A stretch of DNA of 64,000 bases. Source: Thermoplasmata archaeon. Its GTDB lineage: Archaea; Thermoplasmatota; Thermoplasmata; RBG-16-68-12; JAGMCJ01. The notes under the pieces were generated by a model. That model did not search any database and was not told the origin of the DNA. It was given only the letters and a program-made list of their open reading frames with translations. The position numbers were made by a program, and so were the translations under genes. Where the stretch lies: NCBI GenBank assembly GCA_046761045.1, contig JBHIFJ010000003.1, forward strand, positions 4,835 through 68,834. The letters are read 5' to 3'. Shown here in pieces: positions 43,936 through 53,135 of the stretch; the first letter of the stretch is position 1; each line of letters opens with the position of its first letter.

Positions 43936-44334
43936 TCACAGGCTCAGCTTTTCAGAGATTGACTTCCTCAGCTCGTCGACACCAGTGCCCTCGACATCCA
44001 AGCCAAGGGCTTTGGCAACCGCCACGACACCCTTCTTGTTTGCCAGGTCGACGGCATCCATTACTTCGATACTCAACTGATCGTCAGTCCTGCCCTTTGT
44101 GCTGATGTTGAGGGCCCTTGCAGCTCTCATCACCATAGATTCTCCGGGAATAGCCCCTCCACTCTCATATGATTGTCTCAATTCCCTTTCGATTTCCATC
44201 CTTCCTCTTCGAAACTCTCCCATCGCCTTTCCAAGTGCTCTGGCAAGTTCCGGAATCTTTCGTGCTCCAAAGAGGAGAACGAGCACAATGACTAAAAGGA
44301 CAACCACCTCGGGTCCAGGATCAAAGAGTCCCAT
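43936..44334 (-). CDS. tatA: Twin-arginine translocase TatA/E with an extended C-terminus
   Basis: The N-terminus LLVIVLVLLFGARKIPELARALGKAMGEFRRG is the canonical TatA TM helix, hinge and amphipathic helix. Confidence 0.8.
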   Translation of the reverse strand: MGLFDPGPEVVVLLVIVLVLLFGARKIPELARALGKAMGEFRRGRMEIERELRQSYESGGAIPGESMVMRAARALNISTKGRTDDQLSIEVMDAVDLANKKGVVAVAKALGLDVEGTGVDELRKSISEKLSL

Positions 44335-44393
44335 GTCAATACCTCCTTCTCTTCGAATCCATTCCGGTATTCAGTCCCATATGTCCACCCGTG

Positions 44394-45230
44394 CTACTGC
44401 CCCGAACCATTCTTCCCACCGCCTTTTTCCATTCTCACAGATAGAGAGTAGCCCAGAGCATAGAGAGCGAGCATGGGTAGTGATACCATCATCATGGTTA
44501 TTCCGCTCCCATCAGGAGTAATTACCGCACCAAAGATAAATATTGCTACTGCCGAGTATCTCCAGTTTCTCCTCCAGAAGCGCGCATCGACCACACCCAG
44601 AAACGTGATTCCACTCATTATGATTGGCAATTCGAAAGCAAGGCCGAAGGAAAAGAGGAAAAGGAGAGTGAAATCGACAAACTCTGATGGATTCAAATAC
44701 GTATTGTCCACGAGATTGAAGGCGATGGAATAAAGGAAGTCATATACGAAGGGGAGTACAAACATATAGGCAAAGACTGCACCTGTAATGAAAAGCAATG
44801 CAGAGGGAACGGAGATTTGCAGTAGAAGCCGTTTTTCTCTGCGCCTCAGAGCTGGCGCGAGGAACCTCCCCATCTGGTGGACGATTACGGGCATGGCGAA
44901 TAGAATCGAAAGAAACAGAGCGATTTTGAACTCGACAAGGATGGCATCCGTGGGACCCATAACAGCTGTTTCCACTCCTTCAGGTACGAGGTCAGCCTCC
45001 ATTTTTCCAAAGAACTGAATGGCAATTGGATGGAAGACATTCACGGTCGGGTAGACAACTGGGAGACCTAGGACTTGGGTTGTATCCGCTTCCACCAGAA
45101 TGAAGATAACAAAAAGGAGCATGATGACCGCCAATATCCTGAGGATTCTCTTTCTGAACTCGTCAAGATGGTCCAGGAACCCCATCTTTGCGCCTTCCTT
45201 CATATCTTCGACCCCGGCTCCAGCCTCCAC
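44394..45230 (-). CDS. tatC: Twin-arginine translocase TatC
   Basis: The FLDHLDEFRKRIL N-terminal motif is followed by six TM segments. Confidence 0.85.
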   Translation of the reverse strand: MEAGAGVEDMKEGAKMGFLDHLDEFRKRILRILAVIMLLFVIFILVEADTTQVLGLPVVYPTVNVFHPIAIQFFGKMEADLVPEGVETAVMGPTDAILVEFKIALFLSILFAMPVIVHQMGRFLAPALRRREKRLLLQISVPSALLFITGAVFAYMFVLPFVYDFLYSIAFNLVDNTYLNPSEFVDFTLLFLFSFGLAFELPIIMSGITFLGVVDARFWRRNWRYSAVAIFIFGAVITPDGSGITMMMVSLPMLALYALGYSLSVRMEKGGGKNGSGQ

Positions 45231-45512
45231 ACCCTAGCCCAGGCCCTCTGCGTCGTCTCAGCACGACCAAGGCGGCAGGCCGAATAATGAAAAGGATGAA
45301 TCCGATAAAAGACTGTTGGTTCGCTTCAAAGGATAGCCCTGGCGGTCGATGCGGGAGTCATCTCCTGAAGTATGTCTGAAAGGACGGCGAATGTTAATGT
45401 GGTTTGGAGCCTGTTCTTGCCAATCTAGGATTCCCTCCACCTAACCGGAGGACACAAATCCACTTCACAATCTCGATCCGACTGAGTGATCAAAACTGAG
45501 GAAGCCGACTTT

Positions 45513-46856
45513 CTACTGCTCACTTGTCTCAGCCGAGATTAGCACTTCTTCTGACACATGCTCATCAGCGGCTGGAGCCTCTGAGACCTCCCATACCGAA
45601 ATGATGGGGAAGATCTTCGTGAACAACAGAAAGAGAAATGCGAACCCCGCCAAGGCGCCAGCAGTTATCGACCATTCGACCCATGTTGGTACATACGATC
45701 CCCACATCATTCCAATCTGAGGCCGCGCTAGAGCTGGAACAGTGATTATGAAGCGTTTGATCCACATACCTATGTTTACAAGGACTGAGGCAAAGACGAC
45801 ACCGGTGATAGTTCTGGTTCTTGGTATGGCGAGGATGAAGGCAGGTATGACCAGCCCTCCTATCACGAAAGTCCAGAAGTAGAGCGCATATGAACCGCCA
45901 AAGATTGCCTCCAGTAATTCGGCTTCGCCTTCCATCCCCACATATCCAGAGGTCAAGTATTCGCTTACAGTGAAGTACATGTACGCAATGTTAAGTGTTA
46001 GGAGCATTAGTCCGAGGTACTGGAAGTGACGAGGCGTCAGGAAGTGCTCAAGGCCATAGACTTTGCGGAGTATTGCCATTGCGATGATTATCGATGCAAT
46101 GCCCGAGAAGATTGCACCGACAACGAAATAGGGCCCGAATATTGTGCTGTGCCAACCCGCTCTCGACGTCATTCCGAATATCCACGATACGACTGTGTGG
46201 ACGGAGACAGCGATAGGCACTATCAAAACTGCCATTATGCCTATTCCCCGTTCCAGTCTCTTCTTCTGTTCCTCAGTTGCTTTCCAATTCAGGGAAAGCA
46301 CACTGTAAAGTTTCATTCTCCAAGGAGAGACATTCTTCAACTTCTCCTTGCATCTCGCGAGATCTGGAATCATTGGAAGGTAGAGATAGATGATGCTCCC
46401 ACTAATGTAGGTCGCAATGGAGATGAAGTCCCAGAGGATTGCCGACTGCATTCTACCGAAGAGAAGGATATGATGCAGTCGGTCTGGGCGGCCCATGTCC
46501 ACGATGATCATGGAAGCACCTATGACGAGGGCAAAAACGGTGATGGCCTCCGCCATTCGGGTGATAGGCCTTCTCCACTCAGCCTTAGTGAGCCTCAGAA
46601 TCGCAGAGATGAGGGTTCCCGCATGACTTATTCCGATGAAGAAGACGAAGTTTGTGATGTACAAGCCCCAAATCACTATGTCCCACATCCCAGTAACCGC
46701 AAGACCTTCGGAGAGCTGGACATAGTACGCGTAGATGCCTATGGAGATAATCACGAGGAGGATTGCGAATGTTCCGTAGAACCCCCTTCCTGAGCCTATC
46801 AGGGGCCTGAAGATGATTTCTTCCATCTCGTCCTCAGTCAGGGAATCCTTGTCCAT
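45513..46856 (-). CDS. NrfD/PsrC-family quinone-interacting membrane subunit (10-helix type)
   Basis: The 447-aa product has about ten hydrophobic helices. Its N-terminal region (YGTFAILLVIISIGIYAYYVQLSEGLAVTGM...VIWGLYITNFVFFIGISHAGTLISAILRL) is typical of the NrfD family. Confidence 0.75.
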   Translation of the reverse strand: MDKDSLTEDEMEEIIFRPLIGSGRGFYGTFAILLVIISIGIYAYYVQLSEGLAVTGMWDIVIWGLYITNFVFFIGISHAGTLISAILRLTKAEWRRPITRMAEAITVFALVIGASMIIVDMGRPDRLHHILLFGRMQSAILWDFISIATYISGSIIYLYLPMIPDLARCKEKLKNVSPWRMKLYSVLSLNWKATEEQKKRLERGIGIMAVLIVPIAVSVHTVVSWIFGMTSRAGWHSTIFGPYFVVGAIFSGIASIIIAMAILRKVYGLEHFLTPRHFQYLGLMLLTLNIAYMYFTVSEYLTSGYVGMEGEAELLEAIFGGSYALYFWTFVIGGLVIPAFILAIPRTRTITGVVFASVLVNIGMWIKRFIITVPALARPQIGMMWGSYVPTWVEWSITAGALAGFAFLFLLFTKIFPIISVWEVSEAPAADEHVSEEVLISAETSEQ

Positions 46857-46868
46857 TTCTCACCAACT

Positions 46869-47630
46869 CTAGCTGCGGGGAAGGTAGTACACTCTTGGGT
46901 GCGTGCCAAACTCTTCTTTGAATCTGTAGGCATACCTCTCCTTGGTTACCTCTGAGACTCTCAAGAGATCCTGACCGTTCGACACGGCATCTTCAGCCAA
47001 GTCACCGTAGTATATCGCCCCTGAGGGACAACCAGAAACGCAAGGGGGAAGCAGCCCTTTCTCACCATGAGTTACACAGAAATCGCATTTCTCAACCACA
47101 CCTCTCTGGTGTGGCCAGGGCTCTTCCGGAGAGTACTCGTGTGACAGCTCCTCTGGAGTGTGTGGAGGCTCGCTCCAGTTGAAGTATCTAGCGGAATAGG
47201 GGCATGCGGTCATACAGTATCGACAACCTATGCACCTGTTGTGGTCTATGAGCACGATTCCGTCCTTCCTCCGGTATGTTGCGCCAACAGGACACACATT
47301 TCGGCAAGGAGGGTTCTCGCAATGCATGCAGGGTCTTGGGAAGTTGTAGGATGGCGCGAGGGGGTTGTCGCGTATTCTGTATACCTTGATCCACTCTTGG
47401 TTGAATGGAATGAAATGAGCATCTTGACAGGCTTTCGTGCAGGCACCGCATCCATCACACTTGTCCAGGTCGATGATCATCCCCCACTTCCTCTGTGAGA
47501 GCTCCCTTTCTGTCAATGCCTCAACGGATGGGAGAAGCCTTTGGAAGCCTGTGATGCCCAACAGGGAAGCACCGATTCCAGCCCCGGCGAGGCCTACTAT
47601 CTTGATGAAACGTCTTCTATCCATGCTCAT
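46869..47630 (-). CDS. Tat-exported 4x[Fe-S] subunit (NrfC/PsrB/DmsB/ActB2-like)
   Basis: I place the start at ATG 47630 (MSMDRRRFIKIVGLAGAGIGA, a twin-arginine signal), which overlaps the upstream stop as ATGA. Four Cys clusters are present (CDGCGACTKAC, CMHCENPPCRNVCP, CIGCRYCMTACP, CDFC..C..C). Confidence 0.85.
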   Translation of the reverse strand: MSMDRRRFIKIVGLAGAGIGASLLGITGFQRLLPSVEALTERELSQRKWGMIIDLDKCDGCGACTKACQDAHFIPFNQEWIKVYRIRDNPLAPSYNFPRPCMHCENPPCRNVCPVGATYRRKDGIVLIDHNRCIGCRYCMTACPYSARYFNWSEPPHTPEELSHEYSPEEPWPHQRGVVEKCDFCVTHGEKGLLPPCVSGCPSGAIYYGDLAEDAVSNGQDLLRVSEVTKERYAYRFKEEFGTHPRVYYLPRS

Positions 47631-48649
47631 GGTCTCCCTCGACTCGACTCTTCCTTTCCCGCTTTGGAGATTCGATGAAGTTGATATAGGACATAGGCGA
47701 AAGTCAGCCATACCCCCAGAACCACGCTTATGACAACAGCAACGATTTCAAGCGGCGCCCCGCCTATGAGAAGAGGTTGATCCTCCTCCGGTGCAAGAAT
47801 GCCTATTTCCGCGGTTGCGTTTGACGATTCCAGGAGGGACGTGCCCTCGAAATAGGCCTCCACTTCGAAGATTCCCCTTTCAGACGCCGAATCCAGATGA
47901 TATGCGTAGCCGTCATTGTCGGTTGCATTTGACCCTATTTGTAGCTTGCCGTATGTCGTCATCCTGAAGAAGATCACCTCAAAGCCCACTAGCGGGTCTC
48001 CCTCCATGTCTGTCAGCCTCGCGGAAATCGTGAATGATTCATCTCGCTGAACCTCTGCTGGAGCGACCAAGGTCATGTTTGTGGCCTCCTGGGGAAGACC
48101 AGTCACAACAAAGGTCAGGGCCTCGGCTTCTTCAAACCAAGGATCAGAGTTTCCGCCATGATGCACCCGAGCGGTCAGATTATAAGTCCCTCCACTGAAT
48201 GGAGCCAGCAAAAGCCATTCAAAGGAAACCGTCGAGCCCTCTCCGGGCGAAGTCTTCTTGACGTAGTTGTTTGTGGCACCGTTTGGATCCGTTACGATTC
48301 TCCATCCATCGGTTGACGGCTGATCAGAGTCGCTACCCGTCATGGATTTAAGGAGAAAGACACCGATTATCAGTTGGCTGGAAAGAAGATCCTCGGTCAC
48401 ATTGACGATTACGGTTACCTCCTCATTTGGCTCCGGAGTCAGAGTCGAGGCCCATATCTCCACAATGCCCGAACCTCTTCGGGGCTCCCCCGTATGGCAG
48501 ACGCATCCACCATAGCTGAATTTTCCGTCACCCGCACCTCCCGAAAAGCTACTAACCCCGCCAATGAGCAGAATCTGTACGACCACCAAGGCAAGAATGA
48601 CCAAAGCCGGAATCCTCTCCTTTCCCGTTCTTGAGCCTCTGAACGCCAT
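47627..48649 (-). CDS. Doubly anchored surface protein with a C-x-C-H motif and an Ig-like domain (function unknown); first large gene of the NrfCD operon
   Basis: The 340-aa product has an N-terminal TM helix, YGGCVCHTGEP, a beta-rich domain of about 150 aa, a Big_1-like block (FTISARLTDMEGDPLVGFEVIF...DNDGYAYH) and a C-terminal TM helix. Confidence 0.65.
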   Translation of the reverse strand: MAFRGSRTGKERIPALVILALVVVQILLIGGVSSFSGGAGDGKFSYGGCVCHTGEPRRGSGIVEIWASTLTPEPNEEVTVIVNVTEDLLSSQLIIGVFLLKSMTGSDSDQPSTDGWRIVTDPNGATNNYVKKTSPGEGSTVSFEWLLLAPFSGGTYNLTARVHHGGNSDPWFEEAEALTFVVTGLPQEATNMTLVAPAEVQRDESFTISARLTDMEGDPLVGFEVIFFRMTTYGKLQIGSNATDNDGYAYHLDSASERGIFEVEAYFEGTSLLESSNATAEIGILAPEEDQPLLIGGAPLEIVAVVISVVLGVWLTFAYVLYQLHRISKAGKEESSRGRP

Positions 48650-48697
48650 GAAGCTACTTCCTTTTCCAGCTAGATCCTGATTTCGTTGCCATCTCTC

Positions 48698-48817
48698 CTA
48701 TTCTTTTTTCTGGGAACCCCTTGTCCCGGTCTCAGCGTTGTCACTTCTGACCTCAGCCGTAAGCGCAATTAGCGCTACTGCGAAGAGGAATACAGCAAGA
48801 AGTACCGAAGCATTCAC
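48698..48817 (-). CDS. Possible single-TM micropeptide upstream of the NrfCD operon
   Basis: The reverse strand encodes (V)NASVLLAVFLFAVALIALTAEVRSDNAETGTRGSQKKE. Only GTG or CTG starts are available, and AGGAGG lies upstream. This ORF is not in the ORF track. Confidence 0.25.
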   Translation of the reverse strand: MNASVLLAVFLFAVALIALTAEVRSDNAETGTRGSQKKE

Positions 48818-48924
48818 TAGACTTCTAGTAGACAGACGAATGGACCTCCTTATAGTTGGGCAATTAACAGTGTTAAGATAAGAAGATATTTATCACTTGC
48901 GAATAGCTTTCTCAACAACTTGCG

Positions 48925-49470
48925 ATGTATCCGCCTCGTCCAAGCAACTTGGTTCTCCACACCTTTTTCGAGGACCAATCCTCTCTCTCATCGCATTCGG
49001 GAACCACTTCTAGCTATGTAGTCACAGTGACAGGCGGTCCATCGATTACATATGGATACTACGTCGTCTTCATCGATCCAGATGGCAGAAGCATAGACTC
49101 TCTGGGCAATCTCCTGTTCAATGTTGGGCCCAATTCCGTCACCAGGGTCGGAGAAACCAACACCTTCGTTGTTGAGTTTGAATCGCCCAGGTACGCAGTG
49201 GACCTGACCATGAAAGTCTCGGCGGTCTCTGCCGATAATAGTCTCAATCCTCTTGGGGATGGATGGAATTACACCACCAAGGAGGTTGGGGTTGAGTATC
49301 CAGTCAGTTCGGAGTTTCCAGGTCTTGACATATCATCATCGATTTATCTGATCGGGACATCCATACTGTCTCTTGGTCTCCTGTTTTGGCTCACTATCTT
49401 TTTCGTTGACAGAAAGATCAAGAAGGAGGTGGTTTACACTGGAAGAGAAGCTGAAGAAGGAAATGAGTAG
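48925..49470 (+). CDS. C-terminally anchored protein of unknown function; first gene of the Rieske/cyt b operon
   Basis: The 181-aa product has no N-terminal signal and a beta-rich body, and ends with one TM helix (IYLIGTSILSLGLLFWLTIFFV) and a short charged tail. Its stop overlaps the Rieske ATG (ATGAGTAG). Confidence 0.55.
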   Translation: MYPPRPSNLVLHTFFEDQSSLSSHSGTTSSYVVTVTGGPSITYGYYVVFIDPDGRSIDSLGNLLFNVGPNSVTRVGETNTFVVEFESPRYAVDLTMKVSAVSADNSLNPLGDGWNYTTKEVGVEYPVSSEFPGLDISSSIYLIGTSILSLGLLFWLTIFFVDRKIKKEVVYTGREAEEGNE

Positions 49471-50005
49471 AAGAGACTTCATCACGACGGCGGCCAAAGG
49501 AGCAGTCGTGGCAGGTCTCGGTCTTGCCTCAGTTGAGGCCGCCTATCTCTTTAGCTTCTTCGGAGCGACACCGGGCTTTATGCCCGATTGGAAGGGAGTT
49601 CTTCCCGAGCTGGACGGTGATGGCTTCTTGGTCTTCAAAGAGGTGTTTGTCACTGAGGATGAAGTCCTTGAGGTTATCGAAAAGACAGGTAGTTTCATTT
49701 TCCTCTTCCCCGGAGTGTTTCACGGAAGAAGTGAAACGCTTCCTGGGTTGGTGTCCAGGGACGGTGAGGGGATTTTGCATGCAGCATCCAGGAAGTGCAC
49801 GCATGAAGGATGCCTAGTGGACTTCCGAGACGATATTGTGGTCGGCTCGAAAAGCCTTCAGAAGATATGGTATTGTCGCTGCCACGATGCGGTGTTTGGC
49901 TCTCAAAACGGTGAGGTTCTGGCTGGTCCGCCTCCATCGTCGCTTCCCCAGTTTGACATAGAGATCATTGGCGATGGAGCAAAGATCAAGCTAGTTGAGC
50001 GGTGA
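49464..50005 (+). CDS. Rieske 2Fe-2S protein with a twin-arginine signal
   Basis: The N-terminus MSRRDFITTAAKGAVVAGLGLA is a Tat signal. Cluster box I is CTHEGC and box II is CRCHDAVF. Confidence 0.85.
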
Positions 50006-50735
50006 TTCGGTGAGAGTAGCTGACAAACTGCGGTTGCCTGACTTCCCCAAGCTCTTTCAAAGAATGATGGGCTGGATACTGAAGAGCGCTGGAATGGAAG
50101 ATACGGTGGGGCACCAGCTACTCAAGGGCGTCCCCAGGCATGCCAGGAATCCCATGTACTGTCTCGGAGGCATAACCCTGGTTGCTTTCGTCATACAGGC
50201 AATGAGCGGTGTCTTTCTCGCAACCTACTATGTGCCGTCCGTCGATCATGCCTGGGACAGCATTAGATACATCGAGCAGAACGTCGCATTCGGATACATA
50301 ATCAGGAATATACATCGCTGGACAGCGAACATAATGGTAGTCGCGCTTGTCCTTCATACTCTGAGGGTATACTTCACAAGGGCCTTCAGATCTCCCAGAG
50401 AACTCACCTGGATGATAGGTGTCATGCTCTTCTTCCTAACAGTTGGTGTGGCATTCACAGGGTACACTCTTCCTTGGGATCAGCGTGCCTATTGGGCAGC
50501 AACAGTCGGCACGAACTTGATCACCGCATTGAGCGGCACACCTTTCATAGGCTCGAGGCTGGACCCCCTCACTGTGTTCCTCAGAGAGATTTTCATAGGC
50601 GGTGGCGAGATCGGACCCTCGACCCTGACACGCTTCTACGGTTTTCATATTCTTGTCTTCCCTGGAAGCATCATGCTGTTTATGCTCATTCACTTCTATC
50701 TTGTCAGAAAGCATGGAATTGCAGGTCCTCTGTGA
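49995..50735 (+). CDS. Cytochrome b, N-terminal (b6-like) four-helix subunit
   Basis: The haem-ligand His pairs lie in NIHRW...LHTLRVY and GFHILVF...LIHFYLVRKHG, and the PWDQ motif is present. The start is TTG 49995 or GTG 50010. Confidence 0.85.
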   Translation: MSGDSVRVADKLRLPDFPKLFQRMMGWILKSAGMEDTVGHQLLKGVPRHARNPMYCLGGITLVAFVIQAMSGVFLATYYVPSVDHAWDSIRYIEQNVAFGYIIRNIHRWTANIMVVALVLHTLRVYFTRAFRSPRELTWMIGVMLFFLTVGVAFTGYTLPWDQRAYWAATVGTNLITALSGTPFIGSRLDPLTVFLREIFIGGGEIGPSTLTRFYGFHILVFPGSIMLFMLIHFYLVRKHGIAGPL

Positions 50736-50746
50736 GGGTGTGAAGA

Positions 50747-51196
50747 ATGGTCGCTAGGAAGAGAAAGATTGAACCCGGAGCGCTGAGGTCACGCCCATTC
50801 TGGCCGGGATTCCTAATGGAGGAGCTGGCAGCTCTGATTGTGTTTCTCGGATTTGTGCTGCTGTTGGCCTCCGCTCTCCATCCTTCAATGGTCTTCGAGC
50901 CCGGGCTCAGGAGTACGGAACTCAGAAGGTTGGAATCACCAGCTGACCCGTTCACTACCCCTCCTAGAATCCTCCCCGAGTGGTATTTCCTTGCGACCTA
51001 CGAACTGCTGAAATTCATGGCCCCTTGGTTGGCAATGATGCTGGTTGGCCTTTTCTCGATTGGCTTTTTCCTCGTGCCCTTCATAGACAGATTCCTCTCT
51101 AGGTTCCGCATCGGGGACTGGATAATGAGATTCTCGGGCATTGGAATCGTCATTCTTTTCATAGTTCTCACGCTTAGGGGGATGGGTCTGATTTGA
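50747..51196 (+). CDS. Cytochrome b C-terminal domain / subunit IV-like protein
   Basis: The Qo-site PEWY motif is present (ILPEWYFLATYELLKF), with three TM helices. Confidence 0.8.
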   Translation: MVARKRKIEPGALRSRPFWPGFLMEELAALIVFLGFVLLLASALHPSMVFEPGLRSTELRRLESPADPFTTPPRILPEWYFLATYELLKFMAPWLAMMLVGLFSIGFFLVPFIDRFLSRFRIGDWIMRFSGIGIVILFIVLTLRGMGLI

Positions 51197-51498
51197 CGGA
51201 GGATTCCATGGCAGAAGAGGAGAAGGAATCAGTGCTTTCCAGGATCAAGCCATTATTGGCGATCCTCCTATTCATATCAATCGCTGGTTTCTCGGCAAGT
51301 CAAGTCATGTCGGCGATTCAGGTCCTGGCAACCGGGTTTGACCTCCTTTGGCTTCTTGAGCTTCTTTTCTTCGGCTTCCTCCTCGCCCTCTCTTTTGCTG
51401 TTCTTGTCTCAATAATATATCTTCTTGATCGATCACAAGGAAAAGTGAAGAGACGGATCGCGTTCTTTGAGAGTGTGTTTGGTGATGACAATGAATGA
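51193..51498 (+). CDS. Small membrane protein co-transcribed with the cyt b genes
   Basis: The 101-aa product has two to three TM helices. Its start overlaps the upstream stop by 4 nt. Confidence 0.5.
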   Translation: MTEDSMAEEEKESVLSRIKPLLAILLFISIAGFSASQVMSAIQVLATGFDLLWLLELLFFGFLLALSFAVLVSIIYLLDRSQGKVKRRIAFFESVFGDDNE

Positions 51499-51796
51499 GG
51501 GAACCGTCAAGCGGCTCGCGGTCTCATTCAAGATTACTCTCTTGATTATCCTTGTTGTTCTGGTCTATCTAGTGGTGGAGAGCTGGCTTGCTGAGCGCTT
51601 CGCTGAGACCGCCTTTCTGATTGGCATATCATTTATGCTTGTTGCGGAAATCGTCTACTTCTTTGAAAGAGCGTTCACTCCAGGCGAAACATGGTGGACA
51701 ATTGACGGCTATAAGGCGGGGCTCATAGAGAACAGCCCGGGTGAGGAAGAGCCCCCCTCTGCAGAGGAACCGTCTTCTCGAAAGGCTGCGGATTGA
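51467..51796 (+). CDS. Small membrane protein co-transcribed with the cyt b genes
   Basis: The track ORF is 109 aa, and ATG 51485 is probably the true start. The product has two TM helices and an acidic, Pro-rich tail. Confidence 0.45.
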   Translation: MRVCLVMTMNEGTVKRLAVSFKITLLIILVVLVYLVVESWLAERFAETAFLIGISFMLVAEIVYFFERAFTPGETWWTIDGYKAGLIENSPGEEEPPSAEEPSSRKAAD

Positions 51797-51802
51797 TGAG
51801 TT

Positions 51803-52180
51803 TCAATCCTCATTCAAGACTCGAAGGTCCCCACAATCAGGTCGGCTGAATGACCACCTATTTCCAAATATCTGCGTTTGGCACATCACACAGAGCTTGC
51901 AGAGTAGCCTGGACCTTTCTTCGTCACTTACTCCTGTGACGACCGCCTCTGCCATGTCGTGAATACTCTTGGACATTTCGGGGAAGTCCTCGAGTGTTTT
52001 GTCGGACCCTCTTCTTCTCGTCGTGTACTGGCTAATGGCGGCCTGTGTGACCCCAAGCAGTTCTGCGGTCTTAGTCTGACTCAAGCCATATTCGTTGAGA
52101 ATAATCGCAGCCAACCTCGCCCTTATGTTTGGGAGAATCTCTATGACGATTGCTTCACATGGCTGTTTCCTATCGGTCAT
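51803..52180 (-). CDS. XRE-type HTH transcription regulator with a C-terminal Cys cluster
   Basis: I place the start at Met103 of the track ORF (MTDRKQPCEA...). The HTH is LSQTKTAELLGVTQAAISQY and the C-terminal Cys cluster is CKLCVMC. The gene sits between the cyt b operon and the ccm operon. Confidence 0.6.
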   Translation of the reverse strand: MTDRKQPCEAIVIEILPNIRARLAAIILNEYGLSQTKTAELLGVTQAAISQYTTRRRGSDKTLEDFPEMSKSIHDMAEAVVTGVSDEERSRLLCKLCVMCQTQIFGNRWSFSRPDCGDLRVLNED

Positions 52181-52391
52181 TTGACTCCAACATCGCTGAA
52201 GTGATATAATTCTGTTGAGCTTGTGAGACGCCCCTTTTCCTCCGTCGCGAACAGATTCCTCATGACTCGATGGACGCGCCAAGATGCACGACATATGACA
52301 GACTTTATAACCGAGCTTTGAGATTCCTGCCTTGGGAGGAAGGAGTTCCCGCCTGGCACCGTATCTTCGCCGAGTTCGCCAGTTCCTCTCA

Positions 52392-53135
52392 ATGGTCGGT
52401 AACATGAGGAATGGGGAGAGAAGTCCGCAGCCTGTTGCCATAGAAGCCGAGAATCTGACGAAGAAGTTCGGATCGATAACGGCCATTCGCAGCCTGAGCC
52501 TTAAGGTCTTGCGTGGTCAAGTCTCCACTCTCTTCGGACCTAACGGTGCAGGGAAGACGACACTCATAAGGATTCTCAGCACACTTTCCCGCCCGACGTC
52601 AGGGAGCATCCATGTGGATGGAATGGACGCCTCCAACAACGGAAGAGAGGTGAGGAGGAGAATCGGAGTCGTTCTCCACGAACCTCTGCTCTATGACGAC
52701 CTGACAGCCGCTGAGAACCTCAGGTTCTACAGCAGGATGTACGGTGCTCGTGTGACGAGAGTCGACGAGCTCCTGGACACCTTCGGATTGAGGCACAGGA
52801 GAAACGACAGAGTCGCCACACTCTCGAGCGGTATGGTGAAGAGATTGTCAATAGCCAGAGCGATGGTTCACAATCCCGAGATTCTGATATTCGATGAGCC
52901 CTTCTCGAGCCTGGACACTGATTCCATCCGGAAGGTGATATCATTGATAGACGCTCTTCGTGGTGAGGGAAAGACGGTTCTTCTTGCGACACATCACCTC
53001 AGTGAGGGCTATGAGGTCGGTGAGCGGCTCATCGCCATGAGAAAGGGGCGGATTGTCTTTGACAAGAGGAAGACTGAGATGAGTCTCGGTGTCTTCGAGG
53101 CCGCGTATGAAGAACTGACGGGGGCGGGTGCTTGA
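52392..53135 (+). CDS. ccmA: Haem exporter ATPase CcmA
   Basis: The Walker A motif (GPNGAGKTT), signature (LSSGMVKR) and Walker B (ILIFDEP) are present. The gene is followed by ccmB and ccmC. The start is uncertain (ATG 52392 or ATG 52404). Confidence 0.8.
   Translation: MVGNMRNGERSPQPVAIEAENLTKKFGSITAIRSLSLKVLRGQVSTLFGPNGAGKTTLIRILSTLSRPTSGSIHVDGMDASNNGREVRRRIGVVLHEPLLYDDLTAAENLRFYSRMYGARVTRVDELLDTFGLRHRRNDRVATLSSGMVKRLSIARAMVHNPEILIFDEPFSSLDTDSIRKVISLIDALRGEGKTVLLATHHLSEGYEVGERLIAMRKGRIVFDKRKTEMSLGVFEAAYEELTGAGA

Noticed and set aside
48494-48505. Calling the C-V-C-H motif a haem-c attachment site and the 340-aa protein a cytochrome.
   Set aside because: A single-residue spacing between the cysteines is not an established haem-binding motif. 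I keep it only as an open question in the findings, not as an annotation.
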